A stretch of DNA of 64,000 nt from an uncultured bacterium (GTDB lineage: Bacteria; Acidobacteriota; Thermoanaerobaculia; Multivoradales; JAHZIX01): NCBI GenBank assembly GCA_965368975.1, contig CBDUPA010000002.1, forward strand, positions 457,824 through 521,823. Reading direction: 5' to 3'. Below the pieces are notes generated by a model that searched no databases, had not been told where the DNA came from, and saw nothing but the letters and a program-made list of their open reading frames with translations. Position 1 is the first letter of the stretch. Each line of letters opens with the position of its first letter. This document shows, one piece after another, positions 31,212 to 43,354 of this stretch. A program made the position numbers and the translations under genes.

Positions 31212-32465
31212 TCAATCCACTCGTACGCGTGCACCGTCCACCAACTCGACGGGTGGATCGACGACCACTCGGTCGGCCGCGGTGACCCCCGCCAGCACCA
31301 CGACGCGCTCGCCGCGTCCAGCGCCACCGCGCTCGGCTCCGAGACGCACCGCGCGCCGCTCGACTCGATCCCCGCGCAGCACGAAGACGACTTGCGCTCC
31401 ATTCTCGTCGCGCACCGCGGCGCTCGGCATCAACAGCTCAGACGACGCCTCGGCGCTGGTGTCAGCGCTCTCAGCCTCGCTCTCGGCATCCAGGAAAGCA
31501 ACCTTGATCCCCATGTCCGGCAGGATGCGAGCGTCCAGTTCCTGGAAGCGGATACGCACCATCACCGTCGCCTTCTGCCGGTCGGCGGTGGGCACCGGAG
31601 TGATGACTTCTGCCGGTATCTGCCAGTCGGGGTAGGCATCGAGCGTCGCCAACACGGGCTGGCCCGATTGCACGCGGTTGATATACGCCTCGTTGACATC
31701 GACCTCGATCTCCAGCGAGCTCATGTCGACGACGGTACAGACACCGGTTCGAGTGAAACCACCGCCGGCACTGACCGGCGAGATCATCTCGCCCGGCTGC
31801 GCGTCCTTGGTCACCACGACACCATCGAAGGGCGCCCGAATCACAGTGTCCTCCAGCTCTTGCTGGCGCAGGGCCAAACGGCCAGCGGCGACGTCGATCT
31901 GCTGCCGGGCCTGCTCGAGTCGGGCCTGGAGCGCGTCCACTTCGGCCTGAGCGCGGTCCAGTTCGGCACGCGCCGAGGCGTCGGCCGCGGTCAGCCGCTG
32001 CTGGCGGCCCAGCTCCAGGCGGGCCTCGTCCAACCGCACCTCGATCTCGGGCAGGACCCGGTGCGCGGCGTCCAGCTCAGCACGCGCCAGGGTCAGCTGA
32101 CGCTGCACCGTGCTGGCGTCGAGGCGCGCCAGAACCTGCCCTTGACGCACCGCCAGACCCTCGTCGACCAGCACCTCGACAATCTTCCCTGTCACCTTGG
32201 ACGAAACGACCGCGCGACGCCGTGCGGTGACGTAGCCGGAAGCGTCGAGCACTGCTCCGGCGGCGGCCGCCTGGTCCGCGCTGACCTCGACCACTGCCGC
32301 GGTCTCCACTGGCAACACCGGGGGCCGCTGCCACCAGTACCAAACCGCGGCCGCCAGCACGGCGACCAGCAGCAGCCCGACCCAGAGGCCGGTCCGAGAC
32401 CGTCTCGACGTGTCTTCGTCGGAGCGGTCGATACGCAGATCGTCGATCGAAGGTGTACTGGCCAT
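31212..32465 (-). CDS. HlyD/MacA-like periplasmic adaptor (membrane fusion protein)
   Basis: N-terminal TM (LWVGLLLVAVLAAAVWYWW), long coiled coil (LTLARAELDAAHRVLPEIEVRLDEARLELGRQQRL...), beta-barrel region (VIRAPFDGVVVTKDAQPGEMI). Confidence 0.8.
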   Translation of the reverse strand: MASTPSIDDLRIDRSDEDTSRRSRTGLWVGLLLVAVLAAAVWYWWQRPPVLPVETAAVVEVSADQAAAAGAVLDASGYVTARRRAVVSSKVTGKIVEVLVDEGLAVRQGQVLARLDASTVQRQLTLARAELDAAHRVLPEIEVRLDEARLELGRQQRLTAADASARAELDRAQAEVDALQARLEQARQQIDVAAGRLALRQQELEDTVIRAPFDGVVVTKDAQPGEMISPVSAGGGFTRTGVCTVVDMSSLEIEVDVNEAYINRVQSGQPVLATLDAYPDWQIPAEVITPVPTADRQKATVMVRIRFQELDARILPDMGIKVAFLDAESEAESADTSAEASSELLMPSAAVRDENGAQVVFVLRGDRVERRAVRLGAERGGAGRGERVVVLAGVTAADRVVVDPPVELVDGARVRVD

Positions 32466-32502
32466 GATGTCTCCCTGCCGCCACCCGAAGCCGCGGTGGC
32501 AT

Positions 32503-32526
32503 CCGGAGACTGGCCCCAGTCTCTGG
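32503..32526. promoter_or_regulatory. Near-perfect 11-bp inverted repeat between queD and the efflux operon (operator or terminator candidate)
   Basis: ccggagactgg-cc-ccagtctctgg; 1 mismatch; ~40 bp upstream of the MFP start on the minus strand. Confidence 0.3.
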
Positions 32527-32675
32527 GGATACCAGCCTTCGGGCCCGCTGTCTCGCCAGCATCACATGCGAGAGCGTTTCAATTCGGGGGTCAGCTGATG
32601 ATTCTGAGCAAGCAAGTACGGCTCACGGCCGCTCGGGTTGCGGTGGGCTCCGAGGAAGCCTCGCGACGCGCGCGC

Positions 32676-33059
32676 TCAGGGCTCGTAGATGGCGCAGGAG
32701 GTATCCGTCTCCCACACCTCCACACGCCGCACCTGGACGCGCCCAGCCGCCGACTCCATGGTCCCGATGCGCCGCGCTACTTCGTCGTAGATGTGACCAC
32801 TGATCAGCTCGGCGGTCGTGTTCACCCGGTCGAAGGGCTCGAGCTCGTTGAGCACGTGGTGATCGAAAGGATCCAGGATCTCCTTCATCACCGCCTTGAG
32901 ATCCTGGAAGTCCAGCACCATGCCCAGCGCATCGAGCTGACGCGCGCTCAAGTGCACGCGCACGCGATAGTTGTGGCCATGCAGATTCTGACACCCGCGA
33001 GTGTGGCCACGAATGAAGTGGGCGGCGCTGAAGGAGAATTCTTTGAAGACGGTGTACAT
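32676..33059 (-). CDS. queD: 6-carboxy-5,6,7,8-tetrahydropterin synthase (PTPS family)
   Basis: 127 aa: MYTVFKEFSFSAAHFIRGHTRGCQNLHGHNYRV... with the zinc-binding His triad and Cys/Glu catalytic motif typical of QueD/PTPS. Confidence 0.85.
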   Translation of the reverse strand: MYTVFKEFSFSAAHFIRGHTRGCQNLHGHNYRVRVHLSARQLDALGMVLDFQDLKAVMKEILDPFDHHVLNELEPFDRVNTTAELISGHIYDEVARRIGTMESAAGRVQVRRVEVWETDTSCAIYEP

Positions 33060-33282
33060 GGGGAATACAAGCCTCTGGCGGCCTCGGGCCCTATTGTAGC
33101 GGCAATGCCCATTGTAGCTGGGAATGGCAGAGCCCGGGAGGCTGTTGCACTAGACGAGCGAGATGTCAGGAGTTGCTCTCGCTCCGGAGGCCGTACCTCG
33201 TTCTCTCCGGCAATCTCCAACAACTCCTTCTCCTCCCATGCCCGGGCCGAAGTCTCCCTCCTCGGTCCGGGCAGTTTTGTGC

Positions 33283-35079
33283 TCAGACATCAGCATAGAG
33301 GGCTTCGACTTTGTCGTCGTACTTCTTCATCACGACGCGGCGGCGAACTTTGAGCGAGGCCGTGAGCTCACCAGCCTCGACGGTCAGGTCGCTGGGCAAC
33401 AGGGCGAAGCGTTTGACCGACTCGTAAGACGCCAGCTCCTTGTTGCACTCGGCGATCTCGGCCTCGATCAGCTGGCGCACCTTGTCGTGCTCAGCCAACT
33501 CCTCGTAGCTCAGCTGGCCGAAGCCCTCCTCTTGCGCCCACGCCTGGATGTTGTCGGGCTCCAGAGTGATCAGGGCGGAGATAAACTTGCGGCGGTCGCC
33601 AACAGCAACGGCCTGGCTGATGTATCGCGACGTGCGCAGGATCTGCTCGATGCGCTGCGGTGCGACATTCTTGCCACCGGCGGTGATGATCAGGTCCTTC
33701 TTGCGGTCCGTGATGCGTAGGTAGCCACCCTCGTCGATCTCACCGACATCGCCGGTATGCAGCCAGCCATCTTCGTCGACCGTCTCGGCAGTGGCTTCCT
33801 GGTTCTTGAAGTAGCCCTGCATCACGTTGTCGCCGCGGGTCAGGATCTCGCCATCCTCGGCGATCTTGCATTCGATGTCGGGCCCCGGCTGGCCGACGGT
33901 GCCGAAGCGGTTGCCGTCGATGCGGTTGACATGGCTGAAGGAGGTGTTCTCGGTCATGCCGAGGCCCTCCACAATCAGGATGCCGCAGGCGTGGAAGAAC
34001 TCGCCAATTTGGCGGTTGAGCGGTGCGGCACCGGAGACGGCGTAGACCAGGTTACCGCCGAAGGCTGCGTGGATCTTGGCGAACACCAACTTGTGCGCCA
34101 GCTTGTGCTTGAGTGCCAGCAAGCCGCCGATCGACTGGCCGGCCTGCTGCCGCTGGCTGACCTCACGACCGACTCCCAGCGACCAGTCGAAGATGACCTT
34201 CTTGAGGCCGCCCGCGTCCTCGACGCCGGAGGTGATTTTCTCGTGCACCTTCTCGAAGATGCGCGGCACGCTGGCGAAGAAATGCGGCTGCGCGGCGCGC
34301 AGGTCTTCGGCCACCGTCTGAATGCTCTCGGCCAGCACCACGGTCAGTGCCTGGCTCATCGACGTCGCGACGATCAGGCGCGCAAAGACGTGCGCCATGG
34401 GTAGGAAGAGGAAGGTGCGGTAGTGCGGCTCGGAGTACAAGCACGCGTTGGCCTGTTCGATGGTGCACATCAGGTTCTTGTGGCTGATCATCACGCCCTT
34501 GGGTACACCGGTGGTGCCCGAGGTGTAGACCAGCATGGCCAGATCGTCCCGGCGCAGATCACCGATGCGCGTCTCCAGCACATCGACGGACACGTCTTCG
34601 GCGCTGTCCAGAAACTGCTGCCAGCTCAGAACGTCTTGGCCATCACCGTCACCGTCGAAGAGGACCATGCGCTTGACCTTCGGCAACTTGTCGCGCACCG
34701 ACTCGATCTTGGCCATCTGTTCGGCATCCTCGACGAACAGCACCACGGCATCGCAGTGGTCGATGACGTAAGCGCACTCTTCGGCGATCGATGCCGGATA
34801 GACGCCGACCGTCACGCCGCCCGTCGCCTGGTTGCCCAGCTCCGTGAGGATCCATTCGAGGCGCGTCTGGCTCAGAATCGCGACACGATCGCCGTGCTCG
34901 ACTCCTTGCGCCAGCAGGGCGCGGGCAATGGTATCGACCCGCTCTCGTACCTCGCGCCAGCGCAGGTCGACCCATGACCTTTCACCCGAAGCCTCGACCT
35001 TCTTGTAGCGGTAGGCAATCTGCTCCGGATTCGATTCGGTGACGTGACGGAAGAGCTGGCAAAGCGAAGCGTGCTCCAT
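33283..35079 (-). CDS. Long-chain fatty acid-CoA ligase (AMP-dependent synthetase/ligase)
   Basis: 598 aa: LVYTSGTTGVPKGVMISHKN, GLGMTE, YLHTGDVGEIDEGGYLRITDRKKDLIITAGGKNVAPQ. Confidence 0.85.
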   Translation of the reverse strand: MEHASLCQLFRHVTESNPEQIAYRYKKVEASGERSWVDLRWREVRERVDTIARALLAQGVEHGDRVAILSQTRLEWILTELGNQATGGVTVGVYPASIAEECAYVIDHCDAVVLFVEDAEQMAKIESVRDKLPKVKRMVLFDGDGDGQDVLSWQQFLDSAEDVSVDVLETRIGDLRRDDLAMLVYTSGTTGVPKGVMISHKNLMCTIEQANACLYSEPHYRTFLFLPMAHVFARLIVATSMSQALTVVLAESIQTVAEDLRAAQPHFFASVPRIFEKVHEKITSGVEDAGGLKKVIFDWSLGVGREVSQRQQAGQSIGGLLALKHKLAHKLVFAKIHAAFGGNLVYAVSGAAPLNRQIGEFFHACGILIVEGLGMTENTSFSHVNRIDGNRFGTVGQPGPDIECKIAEDGEILTRGDNVMQGYFKNQEATAETVDEDGWLHTGDVGEIDEGGYLRITDRKKDLIITAGGKNVAPQRIEQILRTSRYISQAVAVGDRRKFISALITLEPDNIQAWAQEEGFGQLSYEELAEHDKVRQLIEAEIAECNKELASYESVKRFALLPSDLTVEAGELTASLKVRRRVVMKKYDDKVEALYADV

Positions 35080-35134
35080 CGGGAACTCCTTGCGATCAAC
35101 GGCTCAGCGATGTGGCGTCCTGGTACCTGCGGCG

Positions 35135-35620
35135 TCAAACAGACGTACTATCGTAACCCACTCGTTCCAGGACATGCCGGAAATGACGCTCCTCGACAGG
35201 CTGCACGGACAGGCGCTGTCCTTTGCGAATGACCAACATGCCATCGAGATCCGGATCGTCCTTGGCCTCCTGCAGCGACAGTGAACGCTCGAAACTGGCC
35301 ACGTGTTCGACATTAACCAGGATCCAGCGCGGATCCTCCGGCTTGGATTTGAGGTCGTAGTACTTGCTGTCCACATCAAATTGCGTCGGGTCCGGATACC
35401 CTTCCCGGCACACGCGAGCAAGCCCGACGATGCCCGGCGGCTTGGTGTTGGAGTGGTAGAACAGCACCAGGTCGCCGGCCTTCATCTCATCGCGCATGAA
35501 ATTGCGTGCCTGGTAGTTCCGCACCCCGTCCCACATGGTGCTGCCGTCACGCTTCAGATCCTCGATGCTGTAGACGTCAGGCTCACTCTTGATCAGCCAG
35601 TACCTACGCGCGTCTGCCAC
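35135..35620 (-). CDS. EVE-domain (PUA-like) protein
   Basis: 161 aa: YWLIKSEPDVYSIEDL...GVRNYQARNFMRDEMKAGDLVLFYHS... EVE signature. Confidence 0.8.
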   Translation of the reverse strand: MADARRYWLIKSEPDVYSIEDLKRDGSTMWDGVRNYQARNFMRDEMKAGDLVLFYHSNTKPPGIVGLARVCREGYPDPTQFDVDSKYYDLKSKPEDPRWILVNVEHVASFERSLSLQEAKDDPDLDGMLVIRKGQRLSVQPVEERHFRHVLERVGYDSTSV

Positions 35621-35678
35621 GGTCTCTCCCCTCTCTATCTTCTATGTCTCGCAAGGCCCCGTATCTCCAGATCCAGAC

Positions 35679-36008
35679 TTACATGAAGCCCAGGTCGAGC
35701 TTGGCCGCTTCGGACATCATCTCGGGCGTCCACTGCGGGTCCCACACGAGGTGCACCTCGCAGGTCTCGACGCCCGGCACGCCGAGCGCCTTCATCTCGA
35801 CTTCGCCAGGCAGCGTCCCCGCGACAGGGCAGGCCGGCGACGTCAGCGTCATGCGGATCTCGCAGTGGTCGCCCTCGACATCGACGTCGTAGATCAGGCC
35901 CAGCGCGTAGATGTTGACCGGGATCTCCGGGTCGTACACCGTCTCGAGCTGCGCCACGACCTGCTCTTCGAGAGTCTTGGTGGTGGGGTCGGGGTTGTTG
36001 TCGCTCAT
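35679..36008 (-). CDS. sufT: SUF-system Fe-S assembly protein SufT (DUF59/MIP18 family)
   Basis: Start chosen at MSDNNPDP (ATG 36008), preceded by GGAGAA. ...VYDPEIPVNIYALGLIYDV... and ...TLTSPACPVAGTL... are DUF59 motifs. Confidence 0.75.
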   Translation of the reverse strand: MSDNNPDPTTKTLEEQVVAQLETVYDPEIPVNIYALGLIYDVDVEGDHCEIRMTLTSPACPVAGTLPGEVEMKALGVPGVETCEVHLVWDPQWTPEMMSEAAKLDLGFM

Positions 36009-36010
36009 TT

Positions 36011-36469
36011 TCAATTCTCCGTCGTCACCGCTTCGACCTCGCCTTCCAAGGCCGACTTCAACGTGTGCCAGGCCAGCGTCGCGCACTTGACGCGCATCGG
36101 GTACTGGCGCACGCCGCCGAAGACACCCAACTTGCCCAACTCCTCCTCAGCTTCGCTGCGGTCCGACGGATCGCCGGTGAGCAGGCGGTGGAAGAGGTCG
36201 AAGAGGTGCTCGGCCTCGGCGCGGCTCTTGCCCTGTAGCGCTTCGGTCATCAAAGATGCTGATGCCTGCGAAATGGCGCAGCCGTTGCCCTGAAAGGTGA
36301 TGCGCTCGAGGTGGTCGTCGACCATCTTGACGAAGACCTTCACCTTGTCACCGCACAGCGGATTGTGGCCTTCAGCACAGCCGTCCGCATCATCGAGCAC
36401 GACGAAGTTGCGCGGCTTCTTGTTGTGGTCCAGGATGACTTCCTGGTACAGATCCGTCAGGTCCGACAT
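36011..36469 (-). CDS. sufU: SufU (NifU/IscU-like Fe-S scaffold, zinc-dependent sulfurtransferase)
   Basis: LYQEVILDHNKKPRNF..., GNPLCGDKVKV, QGNGCAISQASASLMTE. Start chosen at ATG 36469, preceded by AAGGAGAAGA. Confidence 0.85.
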   Translation of the reverse strand: MSDLTDLYQEVILDHNKKPRNFVVLDDADGCAEGHNPLCGDKVKVFVKMVDDHLERITFQGNGCAISQASASLMTEALQGKSRAEAEHLFDLFHRLLTGDPSDRSEAEEELGKLGVFGGVRQYPMRVKCATLAWHTLKSALEGEVEAVTTEN

Positions 36470-36511
36470 GTCTTCTCCTTGCATTCTTGCATCGTACGAC
36501 GCCCGACCTCG

Positions 36512-37846
36512 CTATCCGAACAGGTCCACGACCTTGCGAAGTCCCGCGACCAGCGCGTCGACCTCTGCGAAGGTGTTGTAGAAAGCAAATGACGCACGCG
36601 TGGTGGCGTGCGTGCCGAAGCGGCGCAGCAGCGGCTGCGCGCAGTGGTGACCGGCGCGTACCGCCACGCCTTGCTGGTCGAGAATGGTGGCGATGTCGTG
36701 CGAATGGGCCCCATCGAGCACAAAGGTCAACACGCTGACCTTGTGCGGTGCCCGGCCGAGGATGCGCACCCCCGGCAGCTCGCTCACCAGCTCGGTGGCG
36801 CGTGCCAGCAACGCGGCCTCGTGGCGGGCCACGGCCTCCATGTCGAGCCCCTGGACATACTCCAGCGCCGCACCCAGGCCAATCACCTGCGCGATCGGAG
36901 GCGTGCCGGCCTCGAAGCGCTGCGGCGGATCCCGGAAGGTGCTGCCCTCGAAGGTGACCTCCAGGATCATGTCGCCGCCACCCTGCCAGGGCGGCATGCT
37001 CTCCAGGTGCGCCTGCTTGCCGTAGAGCACACCGACACCGGTCGGACCGAAGACTTTGTGGCCCGAGAAGACCAGGAAGTCACAGTCCAGCGCCTGCACG
37101 TCGACCGGGCCGTGGGGCAGCGCCTGGGCGCTGTCCAGGAGTACCGGAATCTGGTGCTCATGCGCCAGGCGGATCAGCTGCTCGACCGGATTGATCGTGC
37201 CGAGCACGTTCGAGATGTGGCACAGCGCGACAAAACGCGTGCGCGGCCCGAGCAGGGCGGCATAGGCCTCGACATCGAGCACACCGTCGTCGTCGACCGG
37301 CACCACCTTCACCGTCGCGCCGTGCTGCTGGCACACCAACTGCCAGGGCACCAGGTTGGCGTGGTGCTCCATGGCGGTGACGATCACCTCGTCGCCGGCC
37401 TGCAACCTCGGCGCCACGAAGCAGCGCGCCACCAGGTTGATCCCCTCGGTGGTGCCGTGCGTGAACACGACTTCACTCTCGCGCGCCGCGTTCAGGTGCC
37501 GCTGCACCGTGCCGCGCACGGCCTCGTAGCTCAGCGTCGCGCGCTCGGACAGCGTGTGGACGCCGCGGTGCACATTTGCGCAATCGTGCTCGTAGTAACG
37601 GCGCAGCGCGTCGAGCACCGGGCGCGGTTTCTGCGCCGTGGCGGCGTTGTCCAGGTAGACCAGAGGGTGACCGTGGACCTGCTGCGCCAGCGCGGGAAAT
37701 GCAGCGCGCACCCGCGACACATCGAAGGCCACCGGCCGGACGCCGACGGCAGTGTCGCCCGCATCCGTCGCACCTGTGGCCTGTCGACGAGTGGTCTGTT
37801 GGCGATCGTCTGGCTGCAGAAGTGCTGTGGGCGTGCCCACGCTCAC
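36512..37846 (-). CDS. sufS: Cysteine desulfurase SufS (class V aminotransferase, PLP-dependent)
   Basis: LVYLDNAATAQKP..., FSGHKVFGPTGVGVLYG (PLP Lys), RAGHHCAQPL (catalytic Cys). The N-terminal 37 aa may be over-extension; GTG start at 37846, or an internal GTG near VAFDV. Confidence 0.85.
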   Translation of the reverse strand: MSVGTPTALLQPDDRQQTTRRQATGATDAGDTAVGVRPVAFDVSRVRAAFPALAQQVHGHPLVYLDNAATAQKPRPVLDALRRYYEHDCANVHRGVHTLSERATLSYEAVRGTVQRHLNAARESEVVFTHGTTEGINLVARCFVAPRLQAGDEVIVTAMEHHANLVPWQLVCQQHGATVKVVPVDDDGVLDVEAYAALLGPRTRFVALCHISNVLGTINPVEQLIRLAHEHQIPVLLDSAQALPHGPVDVQALDCDFLVFSGHKVFGPTGVGVLYGKQAHLESMPPWQGGGDMILEVTFEGSTFRDPPQRFEAGTPPIAQVIGLGAALEYVQGLDMEAVARHEAALLARATELVSELPGVRILGRAPHKVSVLTFVLDGAHSHDIATILDQQGVAVRAGHHCAQPLLRRFGTHATTRASFAFYNTFAEVDALVAGLRKVVDLFG

Positions 37847-37856
37847 CCCCTCGGTC

Positions 37857-39266
37857 TCAAACCGCCTGCCTCACGATCTCACCACCGGGCAGCCGGCTGA
37901 ACAGGAACTCTTCGAGATCCTGGCGCACCGCGTCGACGCGGATGCGCTCCACCAGTTCGCTGGCGAAAGCGTAGGTCAGCAGGCTGCTCGCGGCTTCGGC
38001 ACTGATGCCGCGCGAGCGCAGGTAGAAGATGGCTTCCTCGTCCAGCTGGCCGACCGTCGAGCCGTGTGTGCAACGCACGTCGTCGGCGAAGATCTCTAGC
38101 TGCGGGTTCGAGTTGGCCAGGGCGTTCGGCGACAGTAGCAAGTTGCGGTTGGTCTGCTTGGCGTCGGTCTTCTGGGCGTCCTTGTGGACATGGATCAGAC
38201 CGTTGAACACCGCCCGGCCGTGACCGTCCAGAATGCCCTTGTACAGCTCGTGGCTGGTGCAGTGCGGCTTGGCGTGATCCACCTTCATGTGGTTGTCGAC
38301 GTGCTGGCGGCCGTCCACCAGGTACAAGCCGTTGAGCGTGCAGTCGCCCCCTTCACCGTCCAGATAGCCGTTGAGGTCGTTGCGCACCAGCTTGCCGCCC
38401 AGCGAGATGTTGTGCGAGCGGAAGACCGCGGCGCGGTCCGAATACGACTGCTGGGTGGCGACGTGGAAGGCGTGGCGCGGCTCGCGCTGCACCTTGTAGT
38501 GGTCGAGGAATGCATTGGGGCCGCAGACGGCCTCCGTCACCGGATTGGTGAACACGTGCTCGCTTTCCCCTGCCGGGCCTTCCATGCCGATGTAGGTCTC
38601 GACCACCGTCACCTGTGCCCCTTCATCGGCGACGAAGAGGTTGCGCGGGAAGCTGACGCTACCCGGCGTGACGGCGACGAAGATCACCTGGATCGGCACT
38701 TCCACCAGCACATTGCGGCGCGCATGCACGAAAGCACCGCCGGCACCGGCACTGGCCAGGAACGCCGTATTGAGCGCGGTGAAGGGACTGTCATCCACGT
38801 TGGCGTAGCGCCCCAGGTGAGCCTCGACGCCTTCGGCTCCTTGCTGGATCGCCTCGGCGAGAGGCAGCACCGTGACGCCCTCGGGCAGGTCGGCAGGCAC
38901 CAACAGCTCGGGACGGAAGTGCCCGTCGACGAACACCAGGTGGAGTCCACCGTCAAAGCGGTAGCGGTCGATCAGCTCGATCACCCCGGGTGCCACCTCC
39001 GGCAGCGCCCCTAGTACGGAAGCTGGCACCGGCTCAAAGCCACCGTTGGCGATCGGCTTGACGTTGGTGAAACGCCATTCTTCCTGGCGCAGCGTCGGGA
39101 AGCCTTGGCGGGCGAAGGCTTCTCGACCGTCCCGTCGCAACTGCGCGACGCGCGGCGAGGCGCCTGGCCCCGTCTCCTGCACTGCGGCGGCGAGGTCGAC
39201 CAAGGCTTGCACCTCGGGAGCGACCGTGGCCGTGTGAGTCTCTGGCTCAGCTACAGCTTGCATCAT
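37857..39266 (-). CDS. sufD: Fe-S cluster assembly protein SufD
   Basis: 469 aa with a beta-helix C-terminal region homologous to SufB (...TNRNLLLSPNALANSNPQLEIFADDVRCTHGSTVGQLDEEAIFYLRSRGI...). Confidence 0.85.
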   Translation of the reverse strand: MMQAVAEPETHTATVAPEVQALVDLAAAVQETGPGASPRVAQLRRDGREAFARQGFPTLRQEEWRFTNVKPIANGGFEPVPASVLGALPEVAPGVIELIDRYRFDGGLHLVFVDGHFRPELLVPADLPEGVTVLPLAEAIQQGAEGVEAHLGRYANVDDSPFTALNTAFLASAGAGGAFVHARRNVLVEVPIQVIFVAVTPGSVSFPRNLFVADEGAQVTVVETYIGMEGPAGESEHVFTNPVTEAVCGPNAFLDHYKVQREPRHAFHVATQQSYSDRAAVFRSHNISLGGKLVRNDLNGYLDGEGGDCTLNGLYLVDGRQHVDNHMKVDHAKPHCTSHELYKGILDGHGRAVFNGLIHVHKDAQKTDAKQTNRNLLLSPNALANSNPQLEIFADDVRCTHGSTVGQLDEEAIFYLRSRGISAEAASSLLTYAFASELVERIRVDAVRQDLEEFLFSRLPGGEIVRQAV

Positions 39267-39272
39267 CTCTCC

Positions 39273-40028
<756 letters not shown>

Positions 40029-40063
40029 GATCGTATGCTCTCTCCGTTCGTGTTTTTCTTTGA

Positions 40064-41509
<1,446 letters not shown>

Positions 41510-41631
41510 GGCGTCTCCTGTTCCTAACTTCCAACGGTGTCGAGCTGCCAGCGGTGTCGCCAGCTAGCCGGACTGTTTCTCTACTTTTCTTGCAGGCGGG
41601 CCGCTCGAGAGCGCGGCAGGGAGGAAGCCGC

Positions 41632-42108
41632 TCAGCTGAGCGCCGCACTCTCGAGACCGGCTTCGGTCCGCTCTCCGATGGTCACCAGGCGCGCCGACGA
41701 CGTCATGGGCTGCCCCATCTCCGCCAGCGTGATGCCTTCGAGCGCCTGACGAATCGCCTGGTTGATGCGATTCCAGTTGCTGCGCGACGGGCAGGTCGCG
41801 GCAAGACCGCACTCACCCGGCGTGTCGTCGATGCATTCGGTGATCCCGATCGGCCCTTCCAGGGCGCCGATGATCTCCGCCACCGTGATCTCGTCCGCCG
41901 GCCGGCTCAGGCTGTAACCACCCTTGACCCCACGCTGGGAGTCGAGAACCCCTTCGCGCGACAGCGCCTTGAGGATCTTGCTCACCATCGGCGCCGGCAA
42001 GTTCGCCTCCGTCGACAGGTCGGGCGCGGTGAACAACCGTTCCGGTTGATGCGCCAGGTGTGTCAGGAGGACGATGCCGTAGTCGGTTTGCTTGGTAATT
42101 CTCAGCAT
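41632..42108 (-). CDS. Rrf2-family transcriptional regulator (IscR/SufR-like), first gene of the suf operon
   Basis: MLRITKQTDYGIVLLTHLA... wHTH. Cys cluster CIDDTPGECGLAATCPSRSNW is suggestive of Fe-S ligation. Confidence 0.85.
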   Translation of the reverse strand: MLRITKQTDYGIVLLTHLAHQPERLFTAPDLSTEANLPAPMVSKILKALSREGVLDSQRGVKGGYSLSRPADEITVAEIIGALEGPIGITECIDDTPGECGLAATCPSRSNWNRINQAIRQALEGITLAEMGQPMTSSARLVTIGERTEAGLESAALS

Positions 42109-42264
42109 GGCTTTGGGTGCTCGGGGTCTGGGATACTGGAGCCCAGAAGGAAAAGGGACCTTTGTGGTCCTCTTTGGGGATACTAGGGACCTTATTGAGA
42201 CTTGTCAAGGCTGTGTCCAAGCTTCTGGGGCGGGGTGCGAGACACCACGGCGTAGACTCGGACC

Positions 42265-43197
42265 ATGAAGTCTCCCCTCCTTGTAGCCGCCGCAGATTGG
42301 AGCGTCGACGGCCGCAAGCGTCATCTCGCCAGAGCCGCCTGGAACCCCAAGACACAGCACTACGAGATCCACGCCTCCGAAGAGGTCGGCGACACCTCGA
42401 TGCTGATCGACCGCCTCCGGGATGGCTTGCCGAGCGGCGCCACCGTCATCCTCGGCTTCGATCTCCCAATCGGCCTCCCCAAGCCCTACGCCAATACCGC
42501 AGGCATAACGTCATTCCTCGACTTTCTTCCACGAATCGGGGCCGATCGCTGGGCCAGATTCGCCACCCACACCAACACCCCGACGCTCGACCAGCCCTTC
42601 GCACCGCTGCGCGTCCGCAAGAAGGGCGATTTCACGCGTCAAGATCTGGTCGACGGTCTCGGCCTCAGCAGCTTCGACGACATCCAACGCCGCTGCGACC
42701 GTCTCGCCAAGGCACAACCGCTCTTCCTCACCGTCGGCGGCAAGCAGGTCGGCCGCGCAGCCTTGCATGCTTGGCAGCACGTCCTGATCCCGAATCTAGA
42801 CCGCCTGCGCATCTGGCCGTTCCACGGCTCGCTCGCCGAGTTGATCGCGGAGCCGGGGGCTACGGTGATCGTCGAAGTGTATCCGGGCGGGGCGTACGCA
42901 CAGCTGGGGATGGAGTTGGGGCGTCAGCAAAGAGGCGGGAAGCGTCGAAGTAAAACACGTCGAGAGGACCGGCAGCACCCCGACGTCGGCGGACGACTCT
43001 TGGCAGCCCTCGAAGGCGTTGGCCAGGTGACGCAGGAAGCCCGAGCCGAGATCCTGAGCGGCTTTGACAGCGATGACGCCTTCGACGCGATGGTCGGATT
43101 AGCGGCGCTCTTGATGGGCACCACGGGACGCTGGAAGGACGAGACGCCGACCGACGATGCGGTGCGCAACGTCGAGGGGTGGATCTGGCGGCTATGA
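42265..43197 (+). CDS. Hypothetical protein, DUF429-like (predicted RNase-H-fold)
   Basis: 310 aa: LLVAAADWSVDGRKRHLARAA..., no identifiable catalytic motif by eye. Family assignment tentative. Confidence 0.35.
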   Translation: MKSPLLVAAADWSVDGRKRHLARAAWNPKTQHYEIHASEEVGDTSMLIDRLRDGLPSGATVILGFDLPIGLPKPYANTAGITSFLDFLPRIGADRWARFATHTNTPTLDQPFAPLRVRKKGDFTRQDLVDGLGLSSFDDIQRRCDRLAKAQPLFLTVGGKQVGRAALHAWQHVLIPNLDRLRIWPFHGSLAELIAEPGATVIVEVYPGGAYAQLGMELGRQQRGGKRRSKTRREDRQHPDVGGRLLAALEGVGQVTQEARAEILSGFDSDDAFDAMVGLAALLMGTTGRWKDETPTDDAVRNVEGWIWRL

Positions 43198-43354
43198 GCC
43201 AGCGACGGACTGAACGCCCGACCATAGCCAATTGGAAGGCGACCGCGCAGATGGGGACCATTGGCCCTCCGCCTTGCACGCCCGGTCGAGGAGGTTTGTA
43301 CAGTTTGGCCCTCCGAACAGAGGGAACATCGCTAGCAGGTTCCGTCTCAGGAGT

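Noticed and set aside
36011-36484. MQGEDMSDL start (36484) for sufU
   Set aside because: The upstream ATG is embedded in the RBS itself (gcaagaATGcAAGGAGAAGAcATG). The second ATG at 36469 has ideal spacing from AAGGAGAAGA and matches the conserved SufU N-terminus.
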